A stretch of 43,596 nucleotides of DNA, filler included, from Jimgerdemannia flammicorona (lineage: Eukaryota), in NCBI GenBank assembly GCA_003990765.1. It is 2 parts of 2 records of this genome, joined end to end, with 100 filler letters (N's around TTAATTAATTAA, not from the genome) between each part and the next. Parts side by side here need not be neighbours in the genome. Positions count along the whole stretch, not along the records: positions 21,850 to 43,596 come from RBNJ01001401.1; 1 more part is not named here. The stretch is one strand, 5' to 3'. The translations under genes were made by a program, and so were the position numbers. Below the pieces are notes generated by a model. That model did no database searches. It was not told where the DNA came from and saw only the letters and a list, made by a program, of their open reading frames with translations. This document shows, in pieces, positions 21,850-35,600 of the stretch (positions are counted from its first letter, which is position 1; each line of letters opens with the position of its first letter).

Positions 21850-24800
21850 TTTTTTTTTTTTTTTTTTTAGTCACTTGAACTTCACTATTTATTACTAGTC
21901 TATTAATAAGGTTACAGTATCATCTCCCACTATCCAATCTCCATAGGGGAGTCCTGCCCTACATCATTATGAATAAAGACCACTTTCTCACCTACTACTC
22001 CAACTCTTTCTCTACTCTACCCACAGACTTTCTTTACTAAGTAATACCTCTGACTACTCTACAAACCCCAACCAAGCCACCAGCTTGTCAAAGTGTCTTC
22101 CATAAGCCTTTGTCATTGCAACAGCCAGACCCCCAAGCCCAGTCTTCTTCTATCCTTAAAAATAAATAACCAGTGACTGGCCAGCCCCACCTAAATCACC
22201 AAAACCCAACCTAAGATAAGCTACTCCTTCCCCCCCCCCCCCCCCACTAGCCTATCTCTCAAATCCTCTCACTGATCCCATATACCATCTCCCCTACACA
22301 CTACTCCCAAACAATCTCCAACAGCCTGCCAAAAGTTACTAAGCATCTTACACTCCCCTATCTAATGTTCAGATATCTGTATATATCCCCCTTCCTGCCC
22401 TACATTGTGGCACTCCTCACAGTCAAAGCAACCCCCCTCAATAAGGTGACCCAAGCAGAAGTTGAGCATTACATTTCTCTTTAGCATATATCATCATATC
22501 ACTCAGTACTTCAGCAGTATCTACCTTCTCACCTCAGCACTCTAGGCCCAAACTCTATACTAGTTCTACTTCTCTCTAATACTCACCAACTGCCATCTGC
22601 TGGGCCATAGATCCTGGCCTGGCCCCCTTTGGCACTCTATCCCATCACTAATATTGAACTTAATTAAAGGAATGCTTCTTAGCAATACTCAGTTCTATCT
22701 CTACATTATTGAGTCTCAAGCTACCTCTCCTTCATTTCTCTGCTAACAAATTCCAATGTGGTGCACCCCCTCTGCTACTCCCCACCAGAAGCCTTTGTAT
22801 CTCAATTGTCCAGTGTTCCAAAGCTCAACTAAGGATAATAGATCTCCTGTTGAGCCTCTCAGTGAGGACCTCATCTCCCAGACCTTCTGCAATAAGGGGA
22901 TTCAGTCACCTCCTCTCAACTCTATTGCTCTCTTTAACCACTATACTCTCAAGTAGTACAGCCTCTTTAGAAAGTCAACCAGCCTAAGTCCTTCTCTTGC
23001 TACTGGTAAGGATAAGACCTCCCAACTGATCTGACTTCTTCTCTCAGCCCAGATCCACCCCTTGGTCAGTTTCATCAGTCTCTTCACCACCTAGGCTAGG
23101 AAGTCCAGATGATAAGCCAGATACCACAACTTCAGCAGCCAATAGATGTTCAAAATCAAGACATACCCTGCTAGAGACAAGTGGTGATCTCTCTAACTCT
23201 GCAGGGCCTCCCCTCAGATTATAACCCTCTGCTCTTACCAAAGTCTCAGTATAACTGACTCATATACTGACAAATAGATACTCAAGTACTGCACCACCTC
23301 TCTAGTAGGAATGATTGTTCCAATGACATCCCCTCCCACTAGGCCATTGTCTAACATCATTGTTTCATACTTATACCAATTGAGTTTAGCCCCAGAGATT
23401 ACCTCATACCACTCCACTGTCTTCTTGAGCTCCTCTATATCAGCAATTAATCCCAGGCTAACTGCTATATCATCTGCAAAGACACCAACTTTCCACCCAA
23501 TTCCAAAGACTGAGAGCCCTACTATCTTCTATCTAATTCTGTCCATTAGAGGTTCCAGGGAAAGAGTATATAGAATGGAGGATAGTGGGTTCCCCTAGAG
23601 CATACTCCTACTCAGGGGAAATGACACCTCTCTATGTCTATTATACATGAGTGCAGCCCAACTCCCTTCCAGTAGGCTGATCATTGCTAACTAGAACTGG
23701 TGTAGTATTCCAGTCTTATCCAATACTTTTGCCAGCCAGGCTTATCTCACTCAGTCATAAGCCTTCTCTTGGTTCAGAAAGACCAGTTGCCCATCTAGTC
23801 CACAAGCTCATATATCTTCAATAACTCTATATATCCAGACTGTACCATTCCTAATAAGTTGGCCTCCTATAAAGCCCCTCTGTTCAACATCTAAGACTTA
23901 CTGGGCCACCTTCTGAAGCCTTGCAACTATCACCTTAGTCACCAACTTTCTGTCTATGTCCAGAAGTATAATTAGTCACCAGTTCTTCCAATCCTCTCTC
24001 CTTCTCTTGTTCTTGTAAAGCAATATCACCAGCCCCAGATCCTGCTCTCCCACCTATCTCCCTGACTATAGTATAAAATCACACAATGCCATCATCTCAC
24101 CCAGTACCCCTGGAACTCCTACCATCTTCTTCTAGAAGTCCCAGGGCAGATCATCCTCCCCAGGTGCCATACCCAATATTGTTGTAGTAAGAACCTAGTA
24201 GATCTCCTTCTCTTTTGTACTAGTAATACCAAGTCACCCAGCCCTTCTACCTATAGGGGGTGCCAATCCTCCAATACATAGTCAATAGTAATAGCATCAG
24301 CCCCACTCTCCTCCTCACTCCATAATCCACTCTATTGCTCCTTTAATGATCCAAGAATATCTTGTATACTATGTACCAGTATACCATCAGAGTCTAGTAT
24401 TCCCTTCCACCATTGCTTCACTTTTCTTGTCTGAAGGACCCTCATGAGATACTTTGAGAGCCTTTTCCCTTCCTCCAAACTCTACCAATGAAGTCATGCC
24501 ACCAAGCTCTGCACCCTTGCCTCCTCCTCTTCCCACAACACCTATTGTAATTCTCCCACCTCCATTTTTGTCTACATTAATCTCCAATCCTCACCCTCTT
24601 CCAATGATACTAGCCCTGCCCAATCCTCCAAGAGTCTAGCTAGTTTAACAGAAGCCTATCTCATCCATCACCTCCTCTGCTTCCCAGCCTCCTTGCTAGC
24701 CTCACTTCAGTAGAACCTAGTCATCTCTTTCATCCTTATTCACCAGACACCAACTGGGGCACCTTTCTGTCTCCAGCCCTCCACCCTCAGTTGAATGTCC

Positions 24801-27655
24801 CTAGCCCACTTATCCTACCATACTCTATCTTCTAATAAAGAGGAGTTGAGGGACCAATGTCCAGGCCCATCCCCACTCTCCCCAAAATATCTCTGTCCTA
24901 ACAGCCCCCAATGATCTGACCATAGACATCACTCCACCTCTAGCAACTTCTAAACATCCAAACCCCAGTAGCTTGCTGTCAAAATCCAGTCAATCCTTGT
25001 CCCCAGACCCCTTGCCCAATATATATATATCCTCCTATTCCCCCAACACTCTCTGCCAGCATCTACCAGAGCACTTAGCCTTTCCACTTCCTCCCATGCC
25101 GCCAGCCCTCCACTCCTACCCTCAGCTCCCCATCCTCCATCAGTTCTATCTACCAGCATATCTCAGACCATATTGAAGTCTCCACTAAGCATATCTATCT
25201 CAGTCTCTGCAAGAACCCCACTCTCCTGGAGACTCTTTACCCAATCTATATGCTCACCCCATACAGCAGGGCAGTAACAGGGGCTCACTGTAACCAGCTC
25301 CCAACCTGTACATATCCACTCTCCCCAGACCAATCTATCCCCCCAGATCCTCACATCATATATCTCCTCTCTATCTCTCCAGACCAGAATCCCAACCTTG
25401 CCCTTCCAAACTACCTCACCTCCCTATTCCTTCATCCATTCCAACCTATCCAAATCATCCTCATACCTGACATCCTGCAATAGGAAGAGATTGGCCTCCA
25501 ATCCCTTCAGCCAAGTAAAAATGTTTCTATATTGAAAAGAGCCCCACAACCCATTCACATTCAAAGAAAAAATGTTGGTTATACTATTCATAAGGAAATA
25601 CAGTATGTTATCAAGTCCATTCTCTACTGTTCTATATTTATTGCTTCCTGCACCATATCTAGATTATATTCTGCAGATACCTCCTCCTCTTCAGCCCTCT
25701 TAGCCTCCAATCCAGCCAACAGCTCATTCATCTCCCTATCTGTCTTTTCCTCAAACTCCTCCCAGTCTCCAGGCAGGCCTTCTGCCAGAGCTGCAATCCA
25801 TAATGCTTGGTCCAGCAATAGTTGGCCCTCTCACTAGCAATATCTACCAGCTCTGTCTCCTGCTCCTTATCTACCTCATACTCTTCCTCCTCCAGATATA
25901 CTACAAGGATTTCTGCCTTCAATGCCATCACTACTTTATCTCTCTGCAGGGTCTATGCCCAATGCTTATCACTTATTACTCTAAGGTCTACCTCCCCCAA
26001 CTCTTCAGCCACCAAGTTATTCATCATCTTACATATCCAAAGTAGGTTCTCCACCTTCTTCTCTCTAGGAGTTGCTGGCCTCCCTCTATCCAGCATCATA
26101 ATATCAGCCCCTGTACTTGCAGACTCATCTTACACTTCCAGGACATCCACTAGTTCCTCCTCTCTAACTGCCACCACTTGTCCCCCTTTTGCTATCTCTG
26201 GAACTTCAAATTGTACTCACTGGGCCCCCCACATTGGTACATCCTCTACCACTCTACTTTGGGAAGCCAAATCTTGCCTGATAAGAGGAGTAGGAGTAGG
26301 TGAGTCCTCTCAGGCCTCGTTTTAGACCTCAAATGTACTATCAGTATATGGGTTATTACTAGTCACCTCTCTATTCTCTCCTGTCCCCTTCTCTGTAATC
26401 CCTCCTTCCTCACTAGCCCAGACACTTGCTTTGATACCCCCCACCTCCTTGGTCTCACCTGCATCCTTCTGTAGTCTACCCTCCAGTCTAGCCAGAAGCT
26501 CCTTCTATCTCTTATGTCTCTATGCTCTTTTCCACTGCCTTTTTTCCACTCAAATCTACTTCCCATCCACTACCTCCAAATGTGTTGACTCTACAAAAGC
26601 CTTCCAAGCCTTCACCTGCCTCTCCACAGCACTACTCAGCTCTTCCAGCACTTCTAATAAGTCCTCTTCCTCCTCCTCACTCCCCTTCACCCTTATTACC
26701 TTATACAAGATTATCCCCCAGATCATTACCAAAGGCCAGTCTCTTGTCTATTCTGATAGCTTTCTTCTCTACCAGCTGAATCCTCACATCTATATTCCCA
26801 GTTCTGAATGATGTCTCTTCCCAGACTCTGAATCTGATATCCACCACCTCTCCATACTCAGCTATAATCTCCTTAACTCTCCTTCTTATCTCTACCACTG
26901 TTACTATAGGTACTTCTTTCACTAATAGTTACACCACCCTGGAATCTCATTGCAGGTAATGTACCATTGGAACACATACCTTTCCAATAGTCAATCCAGC
27001 CTTCAGCATCTCCTCCAAAGGCCCAGTCTCCTCAAAGCCCACCTCTACTCCCTCTAATCCCTTTAGAAACTTTACTGACACTGCTCCAGCCATCTGCTTA
27101 GCGATAAGCCCCAGCACTATTTTTGCCATCACTGCTAGGTTCCAGAAGTACAGCATAACTGTAAACTCCAAGATCAACTTCTTGAGTAATGGGGCCACCA
27201 TCAAGCCCATTATACCATCTGCTAAATCTCCCTACCTTCCAAGCCCCAACTGCTTAACCCTACCATCAGTAGTCATATCTGGATTTTTTTCCAGATTGAC
27301 AGTCTTGTCACCATCAGCTGTCATATTCACCCCAGCTACTACTCCCTCAGCTCTATCACTCCTACTGCCAAGGGCTACTCCCCTATATACTGCCACTTTC
27401 TCCATCTCTTTGCCTTCCTCAGCCATCTCTCCAGCCCAGATGCCTGCTGTCTCTCTTTCACTGTCTCTACAAAGCTCACCCTTCCAGACCCCTGTCCTCT
27501 ATCACTGCTTTCTCCCCTTCTATATCCTCCTACCAGCAGCTCTCTCCAGGCCAGAACCTCTCCCCACATACTATCAGTTGAACACACTTGGGCCACTCTG
27601 TCTAGTACACATCTTAGATTACTTATCAGTCACTATGTTACTAGTCTCTTTTCTC
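21850..27655 (-). mobile_element. Near full-length degenerate LINE (L1/Tx1-like; ORF1 and APE-RT ORF2), copy 1
   Basis: Poly(T) tail at 21850-21868. Relic RT motifs (NW.LIILLDIDRK, QEKAYD, NPLSSILY, FADD) and APE motifs (LSGDFN, RIDWIL, SDH). Colinear with 32615-38419 and 41762-43596. Confidence 0.9.
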
Positions 27656-27679
27656 CAAAAATGATATTGTAAGTGCTTC

Positions 27680-30600
27680 TCAAAGGTTGTATAACCCGAA
27701 TAGTACCAGAGAAAAGATGTTCTTCAATATCTCTATACAATGTACTGATATATTTTTCTATAGTCTAGATAGTAATTAGTACTGATTCTTGTTGTAAGAT
27801 TGAGACTCAGCTAGTATTGGATCTAATAGTTCTCAATAGTTTGTTTTGAACCCTAGTAAGTATTAGTTATAGAAACTATAAAAGAGAGACTTCTATTTTA
27901 GCTTCTTGAATCTTTTGTCAGACTTTATTATATATGTCTCTGGGTATATCTTTAGGGTATACTTCTTCTTGGGCTTTAAAACAATAGGCTCTTATTCTTC
28001 TTGCTTCATTTTTTCATCTTCTGGTAGTAGTTTATTTATTTTAGAGATAAAAAGTGAGAGGGACCTAAGAGATGTCTCAACTTGCTCCTCTTTATTTTCT
28101 TTATTTTCTTCTTGAATAATTCTTCTACTGATGTTTCTGGATAGTCTTCTTACTGATCTCTTTTTTTTCTCAGCTAGATAGACTGTTTTTCTAATAATGA
28201 TCTTGGTTAGATATAGGTCTAGATTACTAGTCTTCACTATTATTTTCTTCTTCAAAGTCTTCAATAGAGTAAGCTTCAGTTTTCTTATACTGAATTATAT
28301 TCTTTTGATTTAGTAGTTCTAAATCTCTTTGATCACTTCTTCTATTTAGTACTTCTAAATAAATTGAATTGAGGATTATTCAAATTAAATCAAATTGAAA
28401 TTCAAATTAAATTTGAATCAAATTGAATTCAAATCAAATTGAGGTCTAATTTGATTTGAAATATTTAGCCTAAATTTAAAATATAATAACTTAATAGAAA
28501 TATATCCAAATTTAATATTCTATATTATACTAGATTGTCTATTATAAAATATATTTAACAAGCTAAAATTAATTAAATTTGGATATATTTTGATTGAGTT
28601 ATTGAATTTTGAAAAATTAGATTCAAATTGGACTTCAAATCAAATTAGATCTCAATTCAATTTAATTTAAATATTTCAAATTAAATTGAATTAGAGACAA
28701 ATTTGATTTAATTTAATTTATTCCAAGTATTACTTCTTTTATTATATTCTGTGATATAGTATCCAAACTATCTATAGTAGAAGTATTGGACTTGGACTTT
28801 ATCTTAGACTGAGTATCTTCTTTCTTCTTATAGCTAATAGCTCATATTGTCTCTGAGTAGATAGTCTTAGTCTCTTTGTAGTATATACTCTCTATTATCT
28901 TATAGATAGCTCTGATTTTTACATATAGTGAGTTTTTTTTATTTATTCAACCAATTAGTCCAACTTGAAGTTGAGGTTTTAGATTTTATTTCTCTCTTTC
29001 TTTTACTTCTTGGCTAGCTTTTCTTTTTCTGATTTTCTTTCTTATTATAGTTACTCTAGGTGATTTCTTATCTGATATTAAAAAATTCTTGAGTTGTATC
29101 TATATATCTATTCTTTAGATATTCTGATATCTAGAGTATAGATATACTGGTTAATGTTTAAAGAGATTCTATTTATAAAGACCATTAAATCTATAATATC
29201 TTAGTTAGTAGTATTGAATTTGGCTATATATATTCTTTTCTAAATCTTAGTGAAGAATAGTCTGAGTAATTCTCTAAAATTCATCTTTATCTCTATGATG
29301 GATTCTTGAGCTTTATGGTAAATTTTGTTTTCTATATATTTTTCAATAAGCTAATGAGTCATAGTTCTGTATTCTTCTTCTCAGAATAGTACTATATAAA
29401 TAATTACTCTAAGATCTGAATGTATATTACTTACTACTCAGTTAAAAATTCCCTTGACTGGTTCTCTGAGTTGAGTCTTGTAGATAGTGACTTTTTTTTG
29501 AGTAGAGAGATTCTTTAGAGCTGCAATTTCTTTAATTATATCAAGAAATTCTTTTGGGTCTTCTTCTGGATATTCTATAAAGATTAGTATTGAGGTGGCC
29601 ATTTTGTTGTTACTGTTTTCTAATTCTGGTTCAGGTTCCAATTCTGGTTCTAATTTACTTTCTAAGTTATTACTAAAGCTTAGAATGCTTGAGTATTCTG
29701 AAGATAGTATTATTAATCTTGAGTAAGATATAGTAGATCTAGATAATCTTGAAGAGACTATTTTTGGTTCTTTTAGTTCTATAGTTACTAGTTATAATAG
29801 TGGTTCAATGGGAGAGACTAGTGGAGCTTTTGAGAGAAACTAAGATTATATAATGAGATCTTCAAATTCTTATACATATAAGCCCATTGAAGTTTCTGAT
29901 AAAGTTGTCTATTTTTTTAGTTGATCTGATTAATCTGATTAAGTCAGATCTTCTAGTAATATATATGTAAGTCTGTTGATACTAGTTGAGAATTCTATAC
30001 TATACTGATTTCTTTTTAATACTAGATAATTAGCAAGTCTTGAGATAATTATTTCTCTTTCTATCCAAATACTAGTAATAACTCATTCTCTTATAGTGAC
30101 AGAGATTAGTATTATATCAAATATATCTAGTTTAGCTGTTAGATTCTTATAAGCTAAAAAGTTATATAGATTTAAAAAAAATCTTCTCAGTTGAGTATCT
30201 AAATATAATATATCAGCTCAATAAAGGTAAATTACAAAATTGAAACTACTATATAGATTGGCTTGAGCTGTTAGTTATTTTGTCAAAAGTAATAAAATAT
30301 TCATTGATTTCTAGTATCTTTATTAGTATTTAGTAATATAAAAACAATACTGGATTCTTGAGCAAGTTTTTGTAGTTTCCTTATAAAATTTCTGTATAAT
30401 AATCTTAGTGATCTGGCATAATATGGCAAATTTGGCAGAATTTCTTAATAAGTAATAAGTTAGTGAATTTAGCAAGATTTCTTAATAAGTGATAAGTTGG
30501 TAAATTTGGCAGATAATCCAAATAATATAGATTCTTCTGAATCAGCAAATAACTTGAAAATAGTAGACTTCTCTTCTTAACTGATAAAGTTACATTAAAG

Positions 30601-30900
30601 ACTACTTTATTTATATAAATAGATTTACTATAAAAATATATCTTATGCTAGACTAACTTTATAAGATAGACTTCTTTATATTGGAAAATAGACTAGAGTA
30701 AGAATAAGATAAAACTCATAACTTCTTAACAGTAGCTCATTAGTAAGTATATCTCCTAAGTATTATAATTCTTCCTAGATTAAGTAGCTTTTGTCAGATA
30801 TTTCTTTTAAGTATATCAGATAATTAACTTTTTGCTTTTGAACTTTTCAGACTGAGGTTTATTTACTCTTATCTCTGAAGTATTTTATATAGTTGTAATT
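27680..30900 (-). mobile_element. Degenerate LTR-retrotransposon 5' part (gag relic and probable LTR ~30200-30900)
   Basis: Gag-like ILIFIEYPEEDPKEFLDIIKEIAALKNLS at 29438-29641. Heavily stop-riddled, so boundaries are approximate. Confidence 0.5.
28348..28734. mobile_element. MITE-like foldback element nested in the gag relic
   Basis: Inverted ends AGTACTT..AATAAATTGAATT / AATTTAATTTATTCCAAGTATTACT. Many degraded (C/T)GAAT/AATT units. Internal inverted arms AAATATATCCAAATTTAAT / ATTAAATTTGGATATATTT. Confidence 0.6.
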
Positions 30901-30916
30901 ACTATTTAATTACTAT

Positions 30917-32414
30917 TGTAATAGTGACTCCAGAATGATGACATTAGTATGGAAGACAGCCTTTTCTCACAAGCTACCAGATTGGAGTATAAGAAGATCA
31001 TACAGCATATGAGATAAGCAATGATGACCAACTGTGAGTTATTGTGACCACAGTACAAGCATCCTGAAGAATATAAAAGAAGAATCAAGGAACCACAGTA
31101 GCAGCAACCAACAAGAACCATCAACCCCAAAATAGCTCAAAGACTTACTACAAACAAAATGCCTGCCACTTGCCAAACCTCAAGATTAAGGAACCACCAA
31201 GGCATCTCAGTTGAAGAAAGGATGTTCTAAGACATCAGAAGAGCTATGAGGACCCACTTAAGAAGAACTCCTAGTGTCAACCTGGGTACTGTAGACCCCT
31301 ATTACTTTATTCTTTACTATTGTGAAATGGAAACAAGGATCACCATTGCTACCGAATGCCTCCAAATATGGCAGGAGTATGAAATAGGAAATCTCCTCTG
31401 CTGGGAGTTCCCACAGGCCAGCCCTCAAGAGCTACAAGATGCTACTCCCATAGATATACACAAGACAAGAACAGCCAAGAAGATCCATCAGATCTTCAGA
31501 CATGCACTATGGTCGATCCCCAACTTAGAGTATGTTAGAGTCTCAGATTTCAGAGACCTGTCATCCCACTATATGTATCAATGCACTAGAAGCCAGAGTA
31601 GCCACAGAAGCTCAGTCTACTATCACCCTCAACAGTGATGAAGTAGAAGACTTCTGGCATTCCATCCTTCAGAATAACCCAGACCAATTCCTACAAGGAT
31701 TGATCTCAGTATTCCAAGGTCCAAGTATCCAGATTAGACCTCCCCAAGACCCCACATTTGTTCCCTATTTTGTAGAAGAGAACCTCATAGACTGGAGAGC
31801 TCCAGATCCCCTTGTTCCTGCTGCCACCAAATGTGATGACATCATCAGCGATGATGTCATCCTGTGCAACATCAAAGTATGTAAAAATGGCAAATTCGTG
31901 GATCTCATCTCCTTCAGTGATGATGATGATAATGATGAAGCCCCCATGGTCCTGAACTTTCTGCTCTAAGTTCTTTATTACACTAGATAATGCCAGCACT
32001 GGTATTTTTATATAACACTGGATAATGCCAGCACCGATATTCTGATATGATACTGAATTATACCAGCATCCTTAACCTGTACAACTATCAGTGCCGACTC
32101 TGGAACTTAGTAGTTTTAGTTATTGGAATTTATATTTAGCTTTATATCTTAGCAACCATTGAATTATATTTTATATAAATACCCCTCTTATTTTCTCTGA
32201 AATAAAGTCAGTTCTTCTCAGTGTAATATATACAATCTCTTATAAGCAATCTAAGAGATAACAAGACAGTTTAAAGATAAGAAGTTTGAGGACTATAAGA
32301 CCTTGGGAAGGTACTCCAATAAGAACTTGCTTATAACAAACTTGAGTTAGTCTAAGAGATATACCTTGAAGAGAATCTGATATATTTGAAGGACTCAGTG
32401 ACCACTATGTGACA
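30917..32414 (+). mobile_element. Long solo LTR (~1.5 kb) with 4-bp target-site duplication CTAT
   Basis: TGTAATAGTG...CACTATGTGACA termini. CTAT at 30913-30916 and 32415-32418. TATAAATACCC at ~32174 and AATAAA at ~32200. Confidence 0.7.
31159..31969 (+). pseudogene. ORF of unknown function inside the solo LTR (one stop, one frameshift)
   Basis: Overlapping ORFs 31246-31638 and 31532-31969 join into a ~270-codon globular-looking sequence with an acidic tail. Confidence 0.5.
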
Positions 32415-32423
32415 CTATATAGC

Positions 32424-32614
32424 TATAACAATTTCACAGTCATATTTAGTCTTAGTACATTTTTGTATCTTTTAGTTAGTCTTTTCTTATCATTTTTTGA
32501 ACATTCTACTATGTTCTGCTACTTTCTACTTGCTTAGAAATCTTCTCCCAGTGTCTAGATACTACTAGAATATTCTTGTCTTTCCTTGGCACTAAGTATC
32601 TTATCTTAGCTAGT
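32424..32614 (+). mobile_element. Truncated LTR (first ~190 bp) of the chromovirus family seen at 39615-40077
   Basis: TATAACAATTTCACAGTCATATTTAGTCTTAG...TTATCTTAGCTAGT matches 39615-39804. Confidence 0.85.
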
Positions 32615-35600
32615 AAGGCAATGGTAACCAGCAAGTAAGCAGATATACATACTAGATCAGATAGACCTGAGGCCTTTGACTGGCAATATGTTAGACAAGG
32701 ATATGGGCTCAGGATGGGGTCTTTCAGTGGCCTGAGTAGGCAGGATAGCTTGGAAAGTAGAAGTGGTACTGGGGGAGGGGCTGGAGGGCAGAAGGGGAGG
32801 AGCTTTGCAGATATGCTGTGGGCTGGAGGTTGGCCAGTAAGTACTTGGAGTAAGTAGGTAAGAGGGAAGAGGAAGCAGAAGATTGGGAAAGCTGATGGTA
32901 CTGGACCTCAGATGGTGGGAGATAGGGCTAAGAGAGTAGCTGCTGGGGGTAGTAGTGGGACTGCTGATAGAGAGGTGACTGGGAATCTAGAAAAAAATCC
33001 AGATGTGACTGTTGATGGAAGGGCTAGACAGATGGGCCCAAAGAGGAAGAGAGACTTAGCAGATAGTATAACAGGGCTAGTGGTAGTGCTGTTACTCAAA
33101 AAGTTGATCTTAGAGTTTGCAGTGATCTTATGCTTCCAAGGCCTGGCAGTGATGGTAAGAATGGTCCTGGGGATTATCTCAAAACAGGTGGTGGGAGTTG
33201 CCTCAGTGAAGTTTCTGAAGAGATTGGAGGGAGTGAAGGTGGACTTTGAGGAGATAGGTCTACTGAAGGAGGCATTGAAGACTGGAGTGGCTATAGGAGA
33301 GGTGGTAGTGCCTATGGTATAATACTTGAGGTGGGACCCCAGAGTGGTTCAGCTGCTGGTGAAGGGAGTGCTGATAGTAACAACTGTGGAGACTAGGAGG
33401 AGGGTTGAGGAGGTGATAGCAGAGTATGGTGATGTGGTGGATATTGGATTTCAGATGTGAGAGAGAATTACTTTCAGAACTAGTGATGTGGATATCCAGA
33501 TTTGGCTGACTGGACAAGAGACTACTGATAAGACAAGTGACTGGCCTTCAGTCATGCTATGGAGGGCTTTCTTCTGTAAGGTATTGAGGGTGAAGGGGAG
33601 TGAAGAGGAGGAGGAGGATCTGTTGGAGACTTTGAAAGAGAGGAGTGGAGCAGTTGAGAGGAGGGCTAAGACCTAGCAGGTGTATGTAGACTCAACACAC
33701 TTGGAGATTGTGGATGGAAAACATATCTGCACTGACAAAAGGCAGTGAAAGAGGGCTCAGAGGTACAAGAGGCAGAGGGAGTTGTTGACAAGTATAGAAG
33801 AAGGAGAGAAGAGGAAGGTGGGAAGTGTGGAGAATTCAGAGGGCACTGGGATGAGTATCTGGGCTGGTGAGAAGAGAGGGGAGATCAAGGAGGGTCAGGA
33901 TGGGGTAGGGGAGCCACCATACAGTAACTCTTATGCAGATGATACATTTGAAGTCTGGGAACAGGACTTCAATAGCATCCCCCCTCTTGTCAGGCATGGC
34001 CCTGCTACAAAGAGTCAGGCAGCAGAGGATGTACTAATGCATGGAACCCAGCAGGTGTACTTTGGAGTTCTGGATCTGGCAAAAGAAAGACAGATGATAA
34101 CAGTTGGTGAGAATGAGCTAGTGGATGTAATGGAGGAGGAGTGGGATGAAACTACAAGTACAGGAGCTGATACTATGATGCTAGATGCTAGAAGGCCTGC
34201 AACTCCAGGGAGAAAGGAGGTGGGGAACCTACTGTGGCTGCACTAGATGATGAACAACTTTGCAGCTGAAGAGTGGACCTGTGAGTAATGAGTGAGGAGC
34301 ATTGGGCACAGATCTTACAGAGTAATGGGGTTGTGGGGGCACTGAAGGTAGAGGTGCTTGCAATTCTTCTGGAGGAGGAAGAGTATGAGGTTGATAAGGA
34401 GAGGGAGGCCAAGCTGGCAGTAGTTGCAGGTAAGTGGGCTGCCTTCTATTGGGCAGAGTGACATAGACTGAGGCTTTGGCAGAAGGCCTGCCTAGAGTAC
34501 CATAAGGACTTCAAGAAAAAGGAGAATGGGGAGATAGCTGAACTTCTGGTGGGATTGGAGGCAAAGAAGGTTGAAGAGGAAGCTTTGGCTGCTGAATACA
34601 ACTTGAACTTAGTATGAGAGAAGAGACATGTGGACTTGTAGAGGATGGGTGGGATATTTATTTTAAAAAAACATTATCTTTAATGACCAGTACAATAAAT
34701 ATTTTCTCTCTGAATATGAATAGACTAAGAGGATCTGGGTGGCATAGGAACATTTTTCATTGGCTTAAGGGTTTGGAGGCTAATCTCTTTCTGCTGTAGG
34801 ACATTCAATGTGAGGATGATGAGGATTAGAAGACATAGACTAAAGAATAGGGAGAAACTGTAGCTTGGGTTAGCAAAGTGGCAATTTTGGTACAGGGTGG
34901 TAAAGGAGACTTGGGTGGAATAAAAAGCTGGGGAGACCATTTGGTGTGGGGGGAATGGCATAGGCCTGGGTGGGCACTGGTGAAGGTTGGGTCTTGCTAT
35001 TGCCCAGCAGTTAGGGGTGAGAGAATTACATGGATTAATGGTCTTTTGGAAGAGAACACTCTTATGGCAGAGAGGGTTGATATTCTAGAAAGAGACTTTA
35101 ATATAGTATGGGATACTCAGTTGGATAGGACTGATGGAGGGAGGAGTACTAGTGGTAGGAGTGGTGGACTGGACAAGTGAGAGGAGATAGAGAACCTTAG
35201 CTCCCTGGGGGATATGGACAGGACAGGGTGGGGAGACAAGAGGATCTACATGCACTGAGTGAATGGTCTGGGTATATAGATTGACTAGATCCTGATGGCT
35301 GAGTGCTGGGGAATTGATGTTTAGAAGACTCTGGAGGTAGAGTGGTGCCCATAGTCTGATCATTGGGGTCTCTTGAAGTAGGGGCAGTTTGGGGGGAGTG
35401 GAGATGGACCTGAACATTGGTATCTTAACTCCTCCCTACTGGCTGAGAAGGTTTTGTAGGACCCATGGATGGAGGACATCCAGGTGAAGATTGCCAGCTG
35501 GGCACATATGGGTTTGCCAGTAGGTGTCTATTAGATAAAGTTAAAAGAGGCTGTGTGGGTTTACTAGAGAGAGACTGATAGTGAGACAGGGAAGCAGAAG

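Noticed and set aside
22709..27664. Many Ser/Pro/Leu-rich plus-strand ORFs (also 42226-43413)
   Set aside because: Antisense shadows of the purine-rich LINE coding strand.
30410..30512. Short tandem repeats in LTR regions (also 3879-3935 and 31975-32070)
   Set aside because: Ordinary U3-type enhancer duplications in degenerate LTRs.
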